A DNA stretch of 64,000 bases from an uncultured Spirochaetota bacterium (GTDB lineage: Bacteria > Spirochaetota > Spirochaetia > SZUA-6 > CAVTHK01), in the NCBI GenBank assembly GCA_963734495.1, contig CAVTHK010000007.1, positions 96,001 through 160,000 of the forward strand, in the 5' to 3' direction. Below the pieces are notes generated by a model, which did no database searches, was not told the origin of the DNA, and saw nothing but the letters and a program-made list of their open reading frames with translations. The translations under genes and the position numbers were made by a program. Below, one piece after another: positions 1 to 9,704 of this stretch; the first letter of the stretch is position 1; each line of letters starts with the position of its first letter.

Positions 1-495
1 TCGGTGGCAGGCCGCCTGCTCGTGACGCGCAGCGGCTACGAAGCCAAGCAGAGGGCGCTCAGGCACCTGCTCGAGGTCGAAGTGCCCCTCAACTCGCGGG
101 AGATCGGCGCGGCCCTCGCCAAGGGCGACCTGCGTGAGAACGCCGAGTACAAGGCCGCCCTGGAAAAGCAGGACATGCTGAATGCGTCGGCGGCGAAGCT
201 CCAGACCGAGCTGCAGAGCGCGCAGATGTTCGACCACGCCCAGGTGGACGTGACCTCCGTGTCCTTCGGCACCCGGGTCCTCCTGCACGACCTGAGCACA
301 AACGCCGAGGAGGAATACACCATCCTCGGGCCCTGGGAGTCGGACCCCAACCGCAAGGTGATCTCGTACCTGTCGCCCCTGGGCAGCCGCCTCTACAGCC
401 ACAAGCCGGGCGACCAGCTGAGCTTTACCATCAACGAGAAGGAGTACCAGTACAAGATCGACCGCATCGAACCTGTACCCGCGGAGATGTTATGA
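1..495 (+). CDS. greA: Transcription elongation factor GreA, C-terminal part (gene starts before the window)
   Basis: GDLRENAEYKAA and ISYLSPLG motifs of GreA/GreB; frame open from the window edge. Confidence 0.9.
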   Translation, partial: SVAGRLLVTRSGYEAKQRALRHLLEVEVPLNSREIGAALAKGDLRENAEYKAALEKQDMLNASAAKLQTELQSAQMFDHAQVDVTSVSFGTRVLLHDLSTNAEEEYTILGPWESDPNRKVISYLSPLGSRLYSHKPGDQLSFTINEKEYQYKIDRIEPVPAEML

Positions 496-2344
496 GGTTT
501 GCAGCGCTGGCCCTCGTCCTGGTGGCGGTCGCCGTTTCGCCGGTGCCCGCCGGCCCCGTCGAGCTCGTCGTCATGATCGACGTGTCAGCGAGCATGGAGC
601 CGTATTTCAACGACGTCGTCGACTACTTCATCGGCGACCTGATGCGCAACATGCTCCAGACCGGCGACCGCTTCGACCTGATCAGCTTTGCGGGCCTGCC
701 GGAAGTCGAGATGAGCGGCGTCCGGATCGACGACCGCCAGAGGGCCGCGCTCGTCAACAAGATCCGCCTCCTCCAGCCGATCGGGCTCTATACCGACCTG
801 GTCCGCGCTGTGCTCTTTCTCCGCAGTTACGTCGACAAGCTCCCGCCGTCGGAGTCGCGCGAGCTTGTCATCATCACCGACGGGGTGCACGACCCGCCGC
901 CGGACAGCCCGTACGCCGGCGACCAGAGCGCGGCTCTCTGCCAGGCTCCTCGAAGGGGCGCGTTCGATCCGCAAGGGCAACTGGTACGTCCACATCCTCG
1001 GCCTTCCGCCGGGGGCAGACCGCTCGGGAGGCAAGCAGCCGCCCTCTTTCATGGAGCCGCTGTCGCGGGAGCTCGGCGCGAACGTCATCCCCTACTCCGG
1101 ACCGGGGAAGGCGGGAATCCAGCCCGAGAAAGCGGGGCTGCTCGAAGTCCACTGGCCCGGCCCGCTCGGCCCGGTCGGCCGGTCGTTCGCGCTGCCCCTT
1201 TCCATCGAGAACAACACGCTCGCGCGATCTCAGGCTGACGCTCTCGGGCGTGACGCTCGCGGGGACGAACGTCCTCACGGCGCCGCAGGACGTCAGCGTC
1301 GCCGCGGGCCGGACCGTGAACGTGAAGCCGGTCCTCAGGGTTCCCGACGACCTCGCCCCCGGCGAGCACGTGCTCGCCCTGCGGCTCGAGACCAGCGGGG
1401 ACGCACGGCTGTACCCGCTTGAAGGAACGGTTTCGGTGAGCCTCGCCGCGGGCGCCGGCGGCGTGCCGGCTGTGCCCGCGGCGCCCGGCGTGGGGACGAC
1501 GCCCGGTGCGCCTGCGGCACCCGGAACGCCTGGCGCCCCTGCCGTGCCCGGCGCGCCTGGAGCGCCCGGTGCCCCTGGCGTGCCCGGCGCGCCTGGCGCG
1601 CCCGGTGCCCCTGGCGTGCCCGGCGCCCCTGGCGCTCCCGGCACGCCTGGCGCCCCTGGCGTGCCCGGCGCACCCGGCCAGGGACCGGGCGGGCCCGCGA
1701 CCGGCGGACACTGGCTCGCGACAGGGGCCCGCGGAGTCGCGGACGCGCTGCGCGGGGCGGCGGCCGCCATCGGCGGAGCGTTTGCGCGGATGGAGCTGAC
1801 GGTGCTGATCCCCGCGCTCCTCGTTCTTCTCGCCCTCCTGATCATCCTGCTGCTCGGGCTCCGCATGAATCGCCACGGCGCGACGCCGCCGAGCCGGCCC
1901 GTCGCCCGGCGCGCCGAGAAAGGCCCGCTGATCGAGATGCTCGTGAGCCTGCAGAGCTCCCGGGTCGGTTTCCGCAACATACGCGGGATCGAAACCGGTC
2001 GGCGCCGCAGCGTCGGAGGCGGCTGGTCCGCCTTCCTCATCTTCCTGGTCCCGCTCCCCCCTCGGATCGCGGAGATCCGCTATGACGGGCGGCACTACAC
2101 GTTCCGCGTCTTGAGGCGCACGTTCTTCCCGAGCGCGCCCGAAGAGATCGCGGACTGCCTCGACGTCGACATCCCGCTCGTGTCCGAGAAAGGATTCCCG
2201 GTCGCCATCCGTTTTGTCCGTTACGTCTCGCCCCTCGAGCGCATCCACCGCCTGCTGCACGCGGTCTACGAGGAGGGCGTGAGCGAAGTGCCGCACCAGC
2301 CGGCGCAGGCCCCCGTCGTCGACACGTCTGGGAGGTTCCTGTAG
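492..2344 (+). CDS. Membrane-anchored VWA-domain protein with Gly-X-Pro collagen-like stalk (two apparent frameshifts, ~940 and ~1228)
   Basis: Signal peptide; MIDAS DVSAS...IITDG; continues through ORFs 865-1422 and 1250-2344; G-X-P repeats; TM segment LIPALLVLLALLIILLLGL; cytoplasmic tail. Confidence 0.7.
1503..1680 (+). repeat. 9-bp-period coding repeat encoding (GAP/GVP/GTP)n
   Basis: cctggcgcg/cccggtgcc/cctggcgtg/cccggcgcg units. Confidence 0.9.
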
Positions 2345-2410
2345 GCCGGCGGCCTGATAGGTGCGCGTCGGACTTTCGACGCGCCGGCGTTCCCGGCGCT
2401 CCCGCCGGTT

Positions 2411-2436
2411 CAGGGCACACGGAGGACTGTGCCCTG
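2411..2436. terminator. Hairpin between convergent genes (possible terminator or stabiliser)
   Basis: CAGGGCACA-CGGAGGAC-TGTGCCCTG, 9-bp stem, 1 nt from the lnt stop codon; no U-tract. Confidence 0.4.
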
Positions 2437-2437
2437 G

Positions 2438-4021
2438 CTATAGCGACCGCTCCTCGAGGAGCTTCGCAAAGAGAGCCGCGACCAGCGCGAGAGCAAGGAC
2501 GGCGGGAAACCAGTCGCCGAAGCGGGCATAGACGGTCTCGCCGGCCCTTGCGTACAGTGGGACCTCGACGCGGAGAACCCCGGGCTCGAACAGCGGAAGA
2601 GACGCTGTGATCTCGCCTCCCGGCGCGATAAACGCCGTCACCCCGCCGTTGGTGGCGCGGATCAGCGCGCAGCCGTCCTCGACCGCGCGGAAGCGCGCGG
2701 CTACGATCATCTGCAGCATTGCGGATTCGCGCCGCGACCAGGACACGTTGGTCAAGTTCACGAGGATCCTGGCGCCTGCTCGCACGAGGTTCCGGCACAG
2801 CCCCGGGAACGCGTCCTCGAAGCAGATCGGCGCGGCCATCGGGATCTCTCCCGCCGATGTCGGCAGCCTCAGGACGACGGGGCCCGCACCCGGCGTCCAG
2901 CCTTCAGTGAGTCCCAGGGCATCCTCAAAGAAACGGCGCACCGGCTCGAGGCCCCAGAGAGGCACGCGCTCGGCGAACGGGACCAGCTGCTGCTTGCCGT
3001 ACGCGCCGGCCAGGCGGCCGCCGGGGGTCAGCAGAAGAGCGGCGTTCTCGTAGCTCGCTGATCCCGCCCGCTGGAAAGGCGCCCCGAGGAGGATCGGCAC
3101 CCGTATCTCGCGGAGAAAGGCGGCGAGGCTCGTCGGCCTGGGGAAACGCTCGAGGAAGCTCGCGAGCTGCTGCTCCCGCACCAGATAGGGGATGATGGTC
3201 TCGCCCCACACCACCAGGTCGGCCGGCCCGGCGGCCAAAGCCCGGCGCGTGAGCTCCTCCGCCTGGCCGACGGCGGCCTCGTCCTCACCGGGCTGCCAGG
3301 GATCGGCGTCGTGCTGGACCAGCACGACCGAAATGTGTCCGGTTTGGGCGCGGGGCCGCGCGAGCCTCCAGGCGCCGTAGCCCGCCGCGAGCACGACGAG
3401 GGCGAGCCCGAAGGAGGCGAGCCGCGTCACCTGCGGCCGTGGCAGCGCGAGACGGGTCGCATCGAGGATCTGCTCTGCCGCCACCGCGTTGACCGAAGCC
3501 GCGAGAAAAGTGACTCCCCAGACGCCGAACGTGTCTGACACCTGGATCAGGGGAAGGACCATGTTGAAGGGGTGCGCGATCAGTCCCCAGGGGAACCCCA
3601 GGAACCCGGAGGACTTGACGTACTCGTAGACAGTCCACGCCGCGGCGAGGGCGAGCGGCCTCAGCCTCGTAAGGCGCAGCGCCACTCCCCGCAGGATCGG
3701 GCCGAGCAGAGCGTGATAGAGCGCGTAGCCGATGACGACCCCTGACACGGTCCACACGGAGAACTCGTGGAAGAAGAGCAGCCAGTAGTGGGCGAGGAAT
3801 GTCGAGACGGCCCCGAAGAGCGCGCCGGTGACTGAAGCCGCCCGGAACGACGGCGCCAGCGCGAGCCCCGCGAGCAGGGGCGCCAGCGCCACCGTTCCCA
3901 GGAACGGATTGCCGTATCGATAGACATCGTTCGGCAGGGCGAGCGGCAGCAGCAGCGCCGAAATGAGCGCCAGCAGCAGGGACAGCGTCGTGCGGGTGGC
4001 GGGGACAGCGGGACGCACCAT
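2438..4021 (-). CDS. lnt: Apolipoprotein N-acyltransferase
   Basis: Multi-TM N-terminus; VVWGET, YGKQQLVPFAE, ICFED (E-K-C triad), RATNGG. Confidence 0.93.
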   Translation of the reverse strand: MVRPAVPATRTTLSLLLALISALLLPLALPNDVYRYGNPFLGTVALAPLLAGLALAPSFRAASVTGALFGAVSTFLAHYWLLFFHEFSVWTVSGVVIGYALYHALLGPILRGVALRLTRLRPLALAAAWTVYEYVKSSGFLGFPWGLIAHPFNMVLPLIQVSDTFGVWGVTFLAASVNAVAAEQILDATRLALPRPQVTRLASFGLALVVLAAGYGAWRLARPRAQTGHISVVLVQHDADPWQPGEDEAAVGQAEELTRRALAAGPADLVVWGETIIPYLVREQQLASFLERFPRPTSLAAFLREIRVPILLGAPFQRAGSASYENAALLLTPGGRLAGAYGKQQLVPFAERVPLWGLEPVRRFFEDALGLTEGWTPGAGPVVLRLPTSAGEIPMAAPICFEDAFPGLCRNLVRAGARILVNLTNVSWSRRESAMLQMIVAARFRAVEDGCALIRATNGGVTAFIAPGGEITASLPLFEPGVLRVEVPLYARAGETVYARFGDWFPAVLALALVAALFAKLLEERSL

Positions 4022-4062
4022 GCGCCCGAGTCTAACGGAGCGATGCCGTTTCGAGAAGCGCG

Positions 4063-4137
4063 AGGCCCTCGCCTGTTGTACTCAACAGGCCCTCGCCTGT
4101 TGTACTCAACAGGCCCTCGCCTGTTGTACTCAACAGG
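4063..4137. repeat. 3 x 24-bp perfect tandem repeat forming palindromic hairpins
   Basis: AGGCCCTCGCCTGTTGTACTCAAC at 4063, 4087, 4111; reads GCCTGTTG-TACT-CAACAGG(C) across each unit junction. Confidence 0.97.
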
Positions 4138-4211
4138 TTGCATTCCGGCGGGACTTTCGCCTATGATCGCACCCGAATGGCGAGCCTTCCCGCCGGAGTC
4201 TGGACGAACCG

Positions 4212-4889
4212 ATGACCGCCCTCGAGCGCGGGATCCGCTTCTACAACTCGAAACGTTACGAGCAGGCCCTCAGGGAGTTCCAGGAAATCGAGGGCGAGAT
4301 GCCCGAGGATGTCACGCTCGCCTACTACAGCGGGCTCACTCTGGCAAAGCTGGAGCGATTCGAGGAGGCGCTCATCCCCCTCGAGCAGGTCGTAACCGCC
4401 AGCACCAGCCTCCTGCACGTGTACCAGAGCCGCATGATTCTCGCCTTCATCTATGCGGTCACCGGGCGGGCCGAGCTGGCCGTGTACGAGCTGAACCAGC
4501 TGCTCAAGGCGGGCCTGGAGTCGGTCCAGCTCTACGGGTCCCTCGGGCACGTCCTGTACGCGCTCAACCGCGTCGACGAGGCGATCACCGCCCTCGAAAA
4601 GGCGCTCGAGATCAACCCGGAGTACGCCAACGCGCTGAACTCGCTCGGGTTCATCTACGCGGAACGCGGCACCCGCCTGGAGCGGGCCGTCGAGCTGTGC
4701 CGCCGGGCGGCCCGGCAGCAGCCCCGGAATCCCGCCTACCTCGACTCGCTCGGCTGGGCGCAGTACCGGAAAGGGAACCTGAAGGAGGCCCGGGAGACGC
4801 TCCGGAAGGCGCTGGACCTCGCGCCCCGCAACGCCGAGATCGCAGCCCACATGCGCGAGGTGCTCACCCGGTCGCCCGAAGGCTCCTAA
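4212..4889 (+). CDS. TPR-repeat protein
   Basis: TPR pattern, e.g. ALNSLGFIYA, YLDSLGWAQY. Confidence 0.88.
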   Translation: MTALERGIRFYNSKRYEQALREFQEIEGEMPEDVTLAYYSGLTLAKLERFEEALIPLEQVVTASTSLLHVYQSRMILAFIYAVTGRAELAVYELNQLLKAGLESVQLYGSLGHVLYALNRVDEAITALEKALEINPEYANALNSLGFIYAERGTRLERAVELCRRAARQQPRNPAYLDSLGWAQYRKGNLKEARETLRKALDLAPRNAEIAAHMREVLTRSPEGS

Positions 4890-4933
4890 TTCTCCAGCGC
4901 CGCCGTTCCGATCATGTAGACAGGAGCAAGGAG

Positions 4934-5113
4934 ATGACTGTCACGAGCGTTTCCACGCCGCTCGCACAGGTCGCGCCTCCCCGGCCTGACACCCCCAGCC
5001 CAGAGGTGGTGATCAGCGCCAGCGAGATCAGGAGGATCCTGTATCTCGCCATTCCGGGAGGAGTTGACAACCTGCGCGCGACGGAGGATCATGCCGTAGA
5101 CACCTATGCCTGA
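4934..5113 (+). CDS. Small 59-aa hypothetical protein (MTVTSVS...HAVDTYA)
   Basis: AGGAGCAAGGAG directly before ATG 4934; fills the gap between two + genes; stop overlaps next ORF start. Confidence 0.55.
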   Translation: MTVTSVSTPLAQVAPPRPDTPSPEVVISASEIRRILYLAIPGGVDNLRATEDHAVDTYA

Positions 5114-7187
5114 GCATCGCGACCGGTCTGCGGGCAACCGCACCCCGGCCTGCCCTGGTACGGCGCGCGGCCGCGGCCAACCGATCCTCGCCTTTACCTG
5201 CCTGCTGCTGATCTCCTCCACAGCGGTATTCTCGCAACCCGACATCGCCACGTTGCGCTCGCGCGAAGAGATGCAGTGGGGAGTGCGGGCGTTTCACACG
5301 GGGGCATTCAACAACGCCATCCTCTCGCTGGAACGGGCCGTCGGTCTCGAGCCTGCCAACCTGCTCGCCAGGCAGTGGCTCGGAAGGGCGCTGTACCGCA
5401 GCGGACTCGATGAGGAGGCCCTCGCCGAGTGGCGGTTCGTGAGCGACAAGGGAGGAGGCGGCGCGCAGCTCGCGTCGATGATCGAGACCGTGGCCGCTCG
5501 CCGCTCCCTGCAGAGCGTCCTGCAGCCGGAGGACCGCTTCACCCTGGTGGCGTCCGTCGACGCCGTGGACAGGCGGTCGCCGCCGATCGGGAAACCGTCT
5601 TCCGTGCGGGCGAGGCCCGACGGCACGTTCTACGTCGTCCCCTACACCGGGACGCAGATCCTTCGCCTGGACTCCAACTTCCAGATCGTGCAGGTCGTCA
5701 GGGGCGGGCTCCAGGGATTCAACCGGCCCTTCGACATCGTCGAGAGCGACGAAGGTCAGCTCTTCGTCTCCGAGTACGGCTCGGACCAGATCGCCCGCTG
5801 CTCCGCCTCGGGCCAGAAGCTTGCCGCGATCGGGGGCTCGGGCACGGCTCCCGGGCGGCTCCTCGGGCCGCAGTACCTGGCGGACGACGGCAAAGGTTAC
5901 CTGTACGTGAGCGAATACGGCAACCGCCGCGTCAGCAAGTTCGACTACGAAGGCCGGTTCATCCTCACACTCGGCACGCGCGGGCCCGGCTTCGCGGGGC
6001 TCGAGGAGCCGGCCGGGATCGCCGTGCAGGACGACCGCCTCTACGTTGCCGACCACCGCGCTGGCGTGCTTCAGGTCTTCGATCTGAACGGCAACTACAT
6101 GGGCTCGATCGGGAGCTTCCGGGAGCCGGAGGGCGTCTACGCCGACGACGGCGGGAAGCTCCTCGTGGCCCAGAAGGGGTCGATCGTCGTCTTCGACGTG
6201 GCCAGGGAGACCGCGCAGCCGCTCGCGGACCCCTTCCCCAGAGTCAAACGGATTCTCGGCCTGTCGCGAGACGCCAACGGCGACGTGATGGCCGCCGACT
6301 TCGACGACTCCAAAGTCCTGCTGTTCTCGAAATCCGAGACCCTCTATTCAGGCTTCTTCGTCCAGGTCGAGCGGGTCACCGCAGACCGTTTCCCCGAGAT
6401 CGTGGTCGACGTATCGGTGACCGACCGGTCCGGCCGACCCGTCCTGGGCCTCAAGCGGGAAAACTTCACCGTGACCGAAGGCGTCCCGATCCCCGACGTC
6501 CAGCTGCCGCTCGCGGCCACCGCGGCGCGGCCGCTCTACGTCATGATGCTGACGGAGAAGTCCGATGCGATGCGCGTTCATGCCGCGGAGCTCGCAGACG
6601 CCGTCGCGGAACTCGACACCCGGCTCGAAGGTTCCGCGTCGCTCGGCCTGACCGCGGCATCCCGTGAGGCGGGAATCCTGGTGCCCGCCGACGGACGGCG
6701 CCTTGCGCTCAGGGAGGCCGCGGCGGCCGGCGATTACTCGGCGGATTGGCGATTCGACCAGGGGGTGCGCCTGGCGGCCTCTCAGCTCGCGAGCTCCCGC
6801 GCCCGCAGGACCCTCGTCTACCTGTCGACCGGCTCGCTCGGGCGCAACCCGTACGCCCAGTTCTCCCTCATGGAGCTCGCCCAGTACCTGCGGAACAACG
6901 GGGTCTCGTTCGACGTGCTCCATATCGGGTCCGATCCGATCGACCCCGACCTCGGCTACCTCGCACGGCGGACCGGAGGATCGATGGCCTCGTTCAACGG
7001 GCCGAGGCGCGCGGGTCCCCTCGCGGACGCGGTCAAGGCCTGGATCCCTCCCCTCTACACTCTCCGCTACCAGTCGAAAGCAAACGCCGACTTCGGGAGG
7101 GCCTACATCGAGCTCCACGTCGACGTCACGCAGCAGCGGCGCACGGGGCGCGACGAGTCGGGTTACTACGGCCCGCGCGAGTATTGA
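5106..7187 (+). CDS. TPR + NHL beta-propeller + VWA-like exported protein
   Basis: Hydrophobic leader; TPR; NHL repeats (FNRPFDI, LYVSEYGNRRVSKFD, LYVADH); C-terminal VWA-like region; start uncertain. Confidence 0.8.
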   Translation: MPEHRDRSAGNRTPACPGTARGRGQPILAFTCLLLISSTAVFSQPDIATLRSREEMQWGVRAFHTGAFNNAILSLERAVGLEPANLLARQWLGRALYRSGLDEEALAEWRFVSDKGGGGAQLASMIETVAARRSLQSVLQPEDRFTLVASVDAVDRRSPPIGKPSSVRARPDGTFYVVPYTGTQILRLDSNFQIVQVVRGGLQGFNRPFDIVESDEGQLFVSEYGSDQIARCSASGQKLAAIGGSGTAPGRLLGPQYLADDGKGYLYVSEYGNRRVSKFDYEGRFILTLGTRGPGFAGLEEPAGIAVQDDRLYVADHRAGVLQVFDLNGNYMGSIGSFREPEGVYADDGGKLLVAQKGSIVVFDVARETAQPLADPFPRVKRILGLSRDANGDVMAADFDDSKVLLFSKSETLYSGFFVQVERVTADRFPEIVVDVSVTDRSGRPVLGLKRENFTVTEGVPIPDVQLPLAATAARPLYVMMLTEKSDAMRVHAAELADAVAELDTRLEGSASLGLTAASREAGILVPADGRRLALREAAAAGDYSADWRFDQGVRLAASQLASSRARRTLVYLSTGSLGRNPYAQFSLMELAQYLRNNGVSFDVLHIGSDPIDPDLGYLARRTGGSMASFNGPRRAGPLADAVKAWIPPLYTLRYQSKANADFGRAYIELHVDVTQQRRTGRDESGYYGPREY

Positions 7188-7193
7188 GGCGTC

Positions 7194-7514
7194 TCAGGCG
7201 CGGCCCACGTCGGACAGGGCCTTCTCTTTTTCCTCGATCCGCTGCTGCAGGTCCTTGAGCTCGCCCAGCAGCTCCTTGACCTCGGGCGTGCCCTGGGAGA
7301 TCGTGCTCTGCCCCTTCTCCGACAGGATCCGATAGACGCTGCCGCCCAGCAGCGCGAACTTGCGCTCGACCTCTTTCTCGAGCCGCGTGATCTCGTACTT
7401 GAAGACACCCTTCTCGCCGAGCTCCTTCGCCTTCGTCGCGGCCTGCTCCATGCCTTTTCGAGTCGTCTCGAAACCCTTGCTCATCGCCTGCTTCATGCGC
7501 TCGTAGAAGTCCAT
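7194..7514 (-). CDS. Coiled-coil hypothetical protein (106 aa)
   Basis: AGGAGG RBS before ATG 7514 (MDFYERMKQ...). Confidence 0.75.
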   Translation of the reverse strand: MDFYERMKQAMSKGFETTRKGMEQAATKAKELGEKGVFKYEITRLEKEVERKFALLGGSVYRILSEKGQSTISQGTPEVKELLGELKDLQQRIEEKEKALSDVGRA

Positions 7515-7662
7515 GCAGCCTCCTGCTTTCAGGATACTGCCGCGGCCGGCAGTACTCAAGCGCGGGCCTTTCGAAGCGCCCGGCACGCGATCGCCTGCGC
7601 CTCAACATCCCGCGAGCACACGGGCCCTGGGGCGCGCTCCAACGGGAGCATCCTTGACACGG

Positions 7663-7782
7663 GAACATCCCTGTTCCAGCCCCGCACCAACGCCATCCAT
7701 GGCTGTGCGGGGCAAGAACATCCCTGTTCCAGCCCCGCACCAACGCCATCCATGGCTGTGCGGGGCAAGAACATCCCTGTTC
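7663..7782. repeat. 2.3 x 53-bp tandem repeat of nested hairpins (dispersed family member)
   Basis: GAACATCCCTGTTC at 7663, 7716, 7769; GCCCCGCAC..GCCATCCATGGC..GTGCGGGGC inside each unit. Confidence 0.97.
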
Positions 7783-7812
7783 TTGACACCAAAAAGAAGC
7801 GCATGGTACGTT
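7783..7812 (+). promoter_or_regulatory. Putative sigma70 promoter for yebC-ruvCAB-queA
   Basis: TTGACA-18 nt-TACGTT with TG extension. Confidence 0.6.
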
Positions 7813-7859
7813 TTTCGCCCTAAGCAGGCCGGTCGGATCGCCGGCCTCAAGGAGCCGAA

Positions 7860-8603
7860 ATGTCCGGCCATAGCAAGTGGGCCACAATCAAGCACAAGAA
7901 GGGCGCGCTCGACGCCAAGCGCGGTCAGGTCTTCACCAAGCTGATCAAGGAGATCAGCGTCGCCGCGAGGATAGGCGGCGGCGACGCGGACTCGAACCCG
8001 AGGCTGCGCAACGCACTGCTCAAGGCGCGCGCGGCCAACATGCCCAAGGACAACATCGACCGCGCCGTCAAGAAGGGCACCGGCGAGCTCGAGGGCGTCA
8101 CATACTCGGAGATCACCTACGAGGCCTACGGCCCCGGGGGCGTGGCCCTGCTGATCGAGGTCCTCACCGACAACAAGAACCGCACCGCCGCGGAGGTCCG
8201 CAACATGCTCTCCAAGGGGGGCGGCAACCTCGGCACGGCCGGGAGCGTCGCCCGCATGTTCAAGCGCAGAGGCATCATCGGCTTCGACTCCGGAAAGTAC
8301 AACGAAGATCAGGTGATGGCGGTCGTGCTCGACGCGGGCGCCGAGGACGTGACCACCGATGGCGAAACAATCGAAGTAACGACGGCCCCGGAGGCCTTCG
8401 AGTCCGTGCTCAAGGCGGTCGAAGCGGCCAAGCTCGAGCGCACCATGGCGGAAATCTCGATGCTGCCGGAAACCAGCCTCACCCTCACCCACGACGAGAC
8501 CCGCAAGGCCCTGCGCCTCATCGAGACCATCGAGGATCACGACGACGTGCAGGCCGTCGCTTCGAACCTCGACATCCCCAAGGGCTTTGCGCTGGATGAA
8601 TGA
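7860..8603 (+). CDS. yebC: YebC/PmpR family protein
   Basis: MSGHSKWATIKHKK, YEAYGPGG, LTDNKNRT. Confidence 0.97.
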   Translation: MSGHSKWATIKHKKGALDAKRGQVFTKLIKEISVAARIGGGDADSNPRLRNALLKARAANMPKDNIDRAVKKGTGELEGVTYSEITYEAYGPGGVALLIEVLTDNKNRTAAEVRNMLSKGGGNLGTAGSVARMFKRRGIIGFDSGKYNEDQVMAVVLDAGAEDVTTDGETIEVTTAPEAFESVLKAVEAAKLERTMAEISMLPETSLTLTHDETRKALRLIETIEDHDDVQAVASNLDIPKGFALDE

Positions 8604-9133
8604 TTAGGATCCTGGGCATCGATCCGGGACTCGCGTCGACGGGCTACGGCATCATCGATGCCGACGGAAACCGATTCGCGCACGTGGCCGACGGGGTGAT
8701 CGAGACCGAGGCGGGCTCGCCCGTGGGCGAGAGGCTGCTGCGCCTCGAGAACGCCCTCGCAGCCGTCCTGACCGAGTTCCGGCCGCGCGAGGCCGGGATC
8801 GAGCGACTCTACTTCGGGCGCAACGCGACCACCGCCATGCCGGTGGCCCAGGCGCGGGGCGTCGTGCTCTGCGCCCTCGCCCGCGCGCGCATCCCGTGCC
8901 ACGAGTACCCGCCGGCGACCGTCAAACAGGCGGTGGTCGGGAGGGGCCGGGCCGAAAAGGGGCAGGTCCAGGAAATGATCCGCCTCATCTTCCGGCTGCG
9001 CGAAGCGCCGGCGAGCACCCACGCCGCGGACGCGCTTGCGGTGGCTTTCTGCCACAGCACGCATTCGCGCCTCGGACGGCTGGTCGCGAAAGAGGACGGG
9101 CGAGCGGAGCATGTTCAACAGCCTGCGCGGTGA
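8600..9133 (+). CDS. ruvC: Holliday junction resolvase
   Basis: ILGIDPG...HAADALAVA. Confidence 0.95.
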   Translation: MIRILGIDPGLASTGYGIIDADGNRFAHVADGVIETEAGSPVGERLLRLENALAAVLTEFRPREAGIERLYFGRNATTAMPVAQARGVVLCALARARIPCHEYPPATVKQAVVGRGRAEKGQVQEMIRLIFRLREAPASTHAADALAVAFCHSTHSRLGRLVAKEDGRAEHVQQPAR

Positions 9134-9704
9134 GATCACGCAGAGGGACGGCGAGCGGGTGATGCTCGCTTCCGGCGACCTCGAGTGGGAGATCTGGACC
9201 ACGGCGCGCTCCCTCGCGGCGCTTCCGCCGCCCGGCAGCGAGGCCAGGCTCTACACCCATGTCTACCATCGCGAGGATGCGCTGCGCCTCTACGGCTTCG
9301 CGACTGCCGGTGAGCGGGACCTCTTTCTGGAGCTCATGCGCGTAGAAGGCGTCGGACCGCGGGTCGCGATCCGCATCCTCTCGGGCGTGGACGCGGCGCG
9401 CTTTGTCGAGGCGGTCGACCGGGGCGACCTGGCGACGCTGGTCGCGATCCCGGGCGTCGGCGAGAAGATGGCCCAGAAGATCCTCCTGCGGCTCAAGGGC
9501 AAGCTTGCCCCCCTGGATTCCGCGGGCCTGCACAACGACATCGTGGTAGCTCTCACCGGCATGGGCTTCGACCGCAGGGAAGCCCGCGAGGCCGTCGCCG
9601 AGGCGCTCCGCGAGTCGGGGGCCGCGGCCGGCGGAGGCGAAGACCTCGAGCGCAAGATCCTCACCCGCGCCATCAAGCTGCTCGGCAAGAAGAAGGAGCG
9701 ATGA
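9111..9704 (+). CDS. ruvA: Holliday junction branch-migration protein
   Basis: [29 protein letters not shown] at 9111. Confidence 0.95.
   Translation: MFNSLRGEITQRDGERVMLASGDLEWEIWTTARSLAALPPPGSEARLYTHVYHREDALRLYGFATAGERDLFLELMRVEGVGPRVAIRILSGVDAARFVEAVDRGDLATLVAIPGVGEKMAQKILLRLKGKLAPLDSAGLHNDIVVALTGMGFDRREAREAVAEALRESGAAAGGGEDLERKILTRAIKLLGKKKER

Noticed and set aside
4073-4136. CTGT-N8-ACAG LexA SOS boxes in the 24-bp repeat
   Set aside because: The pattern matches, but it is the gamma/beta-proteobacterial box, the flanking genes are not SOS genes, and the AGTA-loop family explains it better
7663-7782. CRISPR array (also considered for 4063-4137 and 48010-48187)
   Set aside because: Units are identical end to end with no unique spacers; no cas genes in the window
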